A stretch of DNA of 64,000 bases from the NCBI RefSeq assembly GCF_006345805.1, contig NW_021833268.1, positions 1 to 64,000 of the forward strand. The letters run 5' to 3'. Shown in pieces: positions 61,871-64,000 of this stretch. This DNA is from Octopus sinensis (taxonomy: Eukaryota). The notes beneath the pieces are model-generated. The model saw nothing but the letters and a program-made list of their open reading frames with translations, ran no database searches and was not told where the DNA came from. The translations under genes were made by a program, and so were the position numbers. The number at the start of each line of letters is the position of its first letter. Within the stretch, counting starts at the first letter, position 1.

Positions 61871-62192
61871 CATTACATGTAAGCCACACTAAATACCCCC
61901 TCCAAACAGCAACTTTAGGAGCTCAGCTACTTGCCCACCTAAACAGATATGCAGTATTAATACCAATGCAGTATTTCAGCCACCATTTCATGTAAGCCAC
62001 ACTAAATACCCCCTCCAAACTGCAACTTTAGGAGCTCAGCTACTTGCCCACCTAAACAGATATGCAGTATTAATACCAATGCAGTATTTCAGCCACCATT
62101 TCATGTAAGCCACACTAAATACCCCCTCCAAACTGCAACTTTAGGAGCTCAGATACTTGCCCACCTAAACAGATATGCAATATTAATACCAA
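61871..62192. repeat. 113-bp minisatellite, about 2.8 copies
   Basis: CATGTAAGCCACACTAAATACCCCC at 61876, 61989 and 62102. Confidence 0.95.
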
Positions 62193-62339
62193 AAGTTTGT
62201 CTTTTGGTATAAAGACTGGATCTGTTACTAATACTTAATTTTTAATTAAACCTGTTGGCTATTTGTAACATCAATGCCTAAATGGTTACTGAAATTCTAT
62301 ATATCACTGCTAGTGATATATGGAATAGTGATATATCAC

Positions 62340-62985
62340 TTGACAACCGATGATGATGTATTTACGTCCCCGTAACTTAGCGGTTCGGCATAAGAGACAA
62401 ATAGAATAAGTACTAGGCTTCCATAGAAAAAGTCCTGGGGTCAATTTGCTCAACTAAAAGGTGGTGCTCCAGCATGACCACAGTCAAATGACTGAAACAA
62501 GTAAAAGAGTAATATCACAAGGCTTTGGTTGGCCCGAGGCTATAGTAGAAGACACTTGCCCAAGGTGCCACGCAGTAGGACTGAACCCGTTACCAACCAC
62601 ATGGTTCCAGGTTCAGTCCTACTGCGTGGCATCTTGGGCAAGTGTCTTCTACTATAGCCTCAGGCCAACCAAAGCCTTGTGAGTGGATTTGGTAGACGGA
62701 AACTGAAAGAAGCCCGTCGTATATATATATATATATATATACATATATGTATGTGTGTGTGTTTGTGTGTCTGTGTTTGTCCCCCTAGCATTGCTTGACA
62801 ACTGATGCTGGTGTGTTTACATCCCCGTCACTTAGCGGTTCGGCAAAAGAGCCCGATAGAATAAGTACTGGGCTTACAAAAGAATAAGTCTCGGGGTCGA
62901 GTTGCTCAATTAAAAAAAAAGAAGGCGGTGCTCCAGCATGCCTACAGTCAAATGACTGAAACAAGTAAAAGAGTAAAAGAGTAAT
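62340..62985 (+). mobile_element. Family A SINE cluster with a short inverted fragment (62515-62590)
   Basis: Consensus matches. Confidence 0.85.
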
Positions 62986-63017
62986 ACACACACACCACAC
63001 ACACACACACATATATG

Positions 63018-63049
<32 letters not shown>

Positions 63050-63599
63050 TGTATACACAGTGAAACAGACAAACTGATTTTAAAAATTGCACAGAAGGTA
63101 GTAATTTTTAAAAATCCCATGGGAGTGGTGAAAGAGAATACTGGTGGCTACTGCTGTAGTGTAAGATGTGTGTTTTGGCATTGGCTGTTGTTACCTGGAT
63201 GAATTGGATGTTTTGTCTCAGGTAAATGAGTGAAATTGCAGGTAGTGTGTGTGTATAGTCTCTTGCATTGAGAAAACTGGCATATTTTGGGGTATCGTGC
63301 ATTTATAGATTTTCACTTCATTTACATTTGGCAGATTTATTATGGAGCTGTGAGGTATAGATTTAAATTGAGGTGGACAGGGGTGGAAAGAAAGGCCAGA
63401 TAGTAGTAGTAGTAGTGGTTATGGTTGTAGCAGTAGAATATTATGGCAATGATGATGATGATGGGTCAGTTGTAGTATTAAGAGAAAATGAAGAATATTG
63501 GTAGCTGGACAGTGAAGCGCTTTTCATTGTGGAGTTTAATAAGTCATCAATTGTGTTACTTTTGGGGGTGGTGGCCTTACTGCTGGTCATGCTGTTGCT

Positions 63600-64000
63600 G
63601 TTGTTTGCTTCTTCCTTTCTTCTTCCCTTCTTCTTCTCTTCCTCTTCCTCTTCCTCTTCTTCTTCTTTTCTTCTTTTTCTTCTTTCTTTCTCCTCTTCAC
63701 TTCCTTCTTCTTTCTTCTTCTTCTCTTCCTCTTCTTCTTCTTTCTTCTTCTTCTCGTCCCTCTTCTTCTCTTCTTCTTCTTCTTCCTCTTCTTTTTCTTT
63801 TTTCTTCTTCTTCTTCTTCCTCTTCTCTCTTCGTCTTCCTCTTCTCTTCTTCTTCCTCTTCTTCTTCTCCTCTTCTTTGCTTCTTCTTCCTCTTCTTCGT
63901 CTTCTCTCTTCTTCTTCTTCTCCTTCTTTTCTTCTTCTTCTTCCTCTCTTCTTCTTCTTCTTCTTCGTCTTCTCTTTCTTCCTCCTCTTCCTCTTCTTCT
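63600..64000. repeat. Degenerate (TTC/TCC)n polypyrimidine tract running off the window
   Basis: Visible directly. Confidence 0.95.

Overview
Eukaryotic, AT-rich, repeat-saturated DNA. The tRNA-derived SINE families, RTE/CR1/Penelope retroelements and microsatellite density resemble a coleoid cephalopod such as Octopus; this is an inference from pattern, with no search run. There are no prokaryotic features, no CRISPR array, no rRNA or intact tRNA gene, and no intact long ORF. Most ORFs in the supplied track are microsatellite or SINE artefacts, or decayed transposon frames. Contents: CR1-type LINEs (2390-5455, 29208-30231), several RTE LINE copies, Penelope-like and RLE-type retroelement remnants, mariner/Tc1/hAT/piggyBac/Helitron elements, many SINE copies, and four candidate exons of a plus-strand leucine-rich-repeat gene. 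Two observations stand out. (1) A tRNA-headed SINE carries a minimal type I hammerhead ribozyme (minus strand, 52072-52117 and 43432-43477), and every locus of it shows an inversion or fold-back junction, pointing to Penelope-driven mobilisation. (2) An 8 kb array of about 83 copies of a 97-bp unit (33816-41849) grew from inside a single RTE ORF2 fragment, whose reading frame resumes on both sides.
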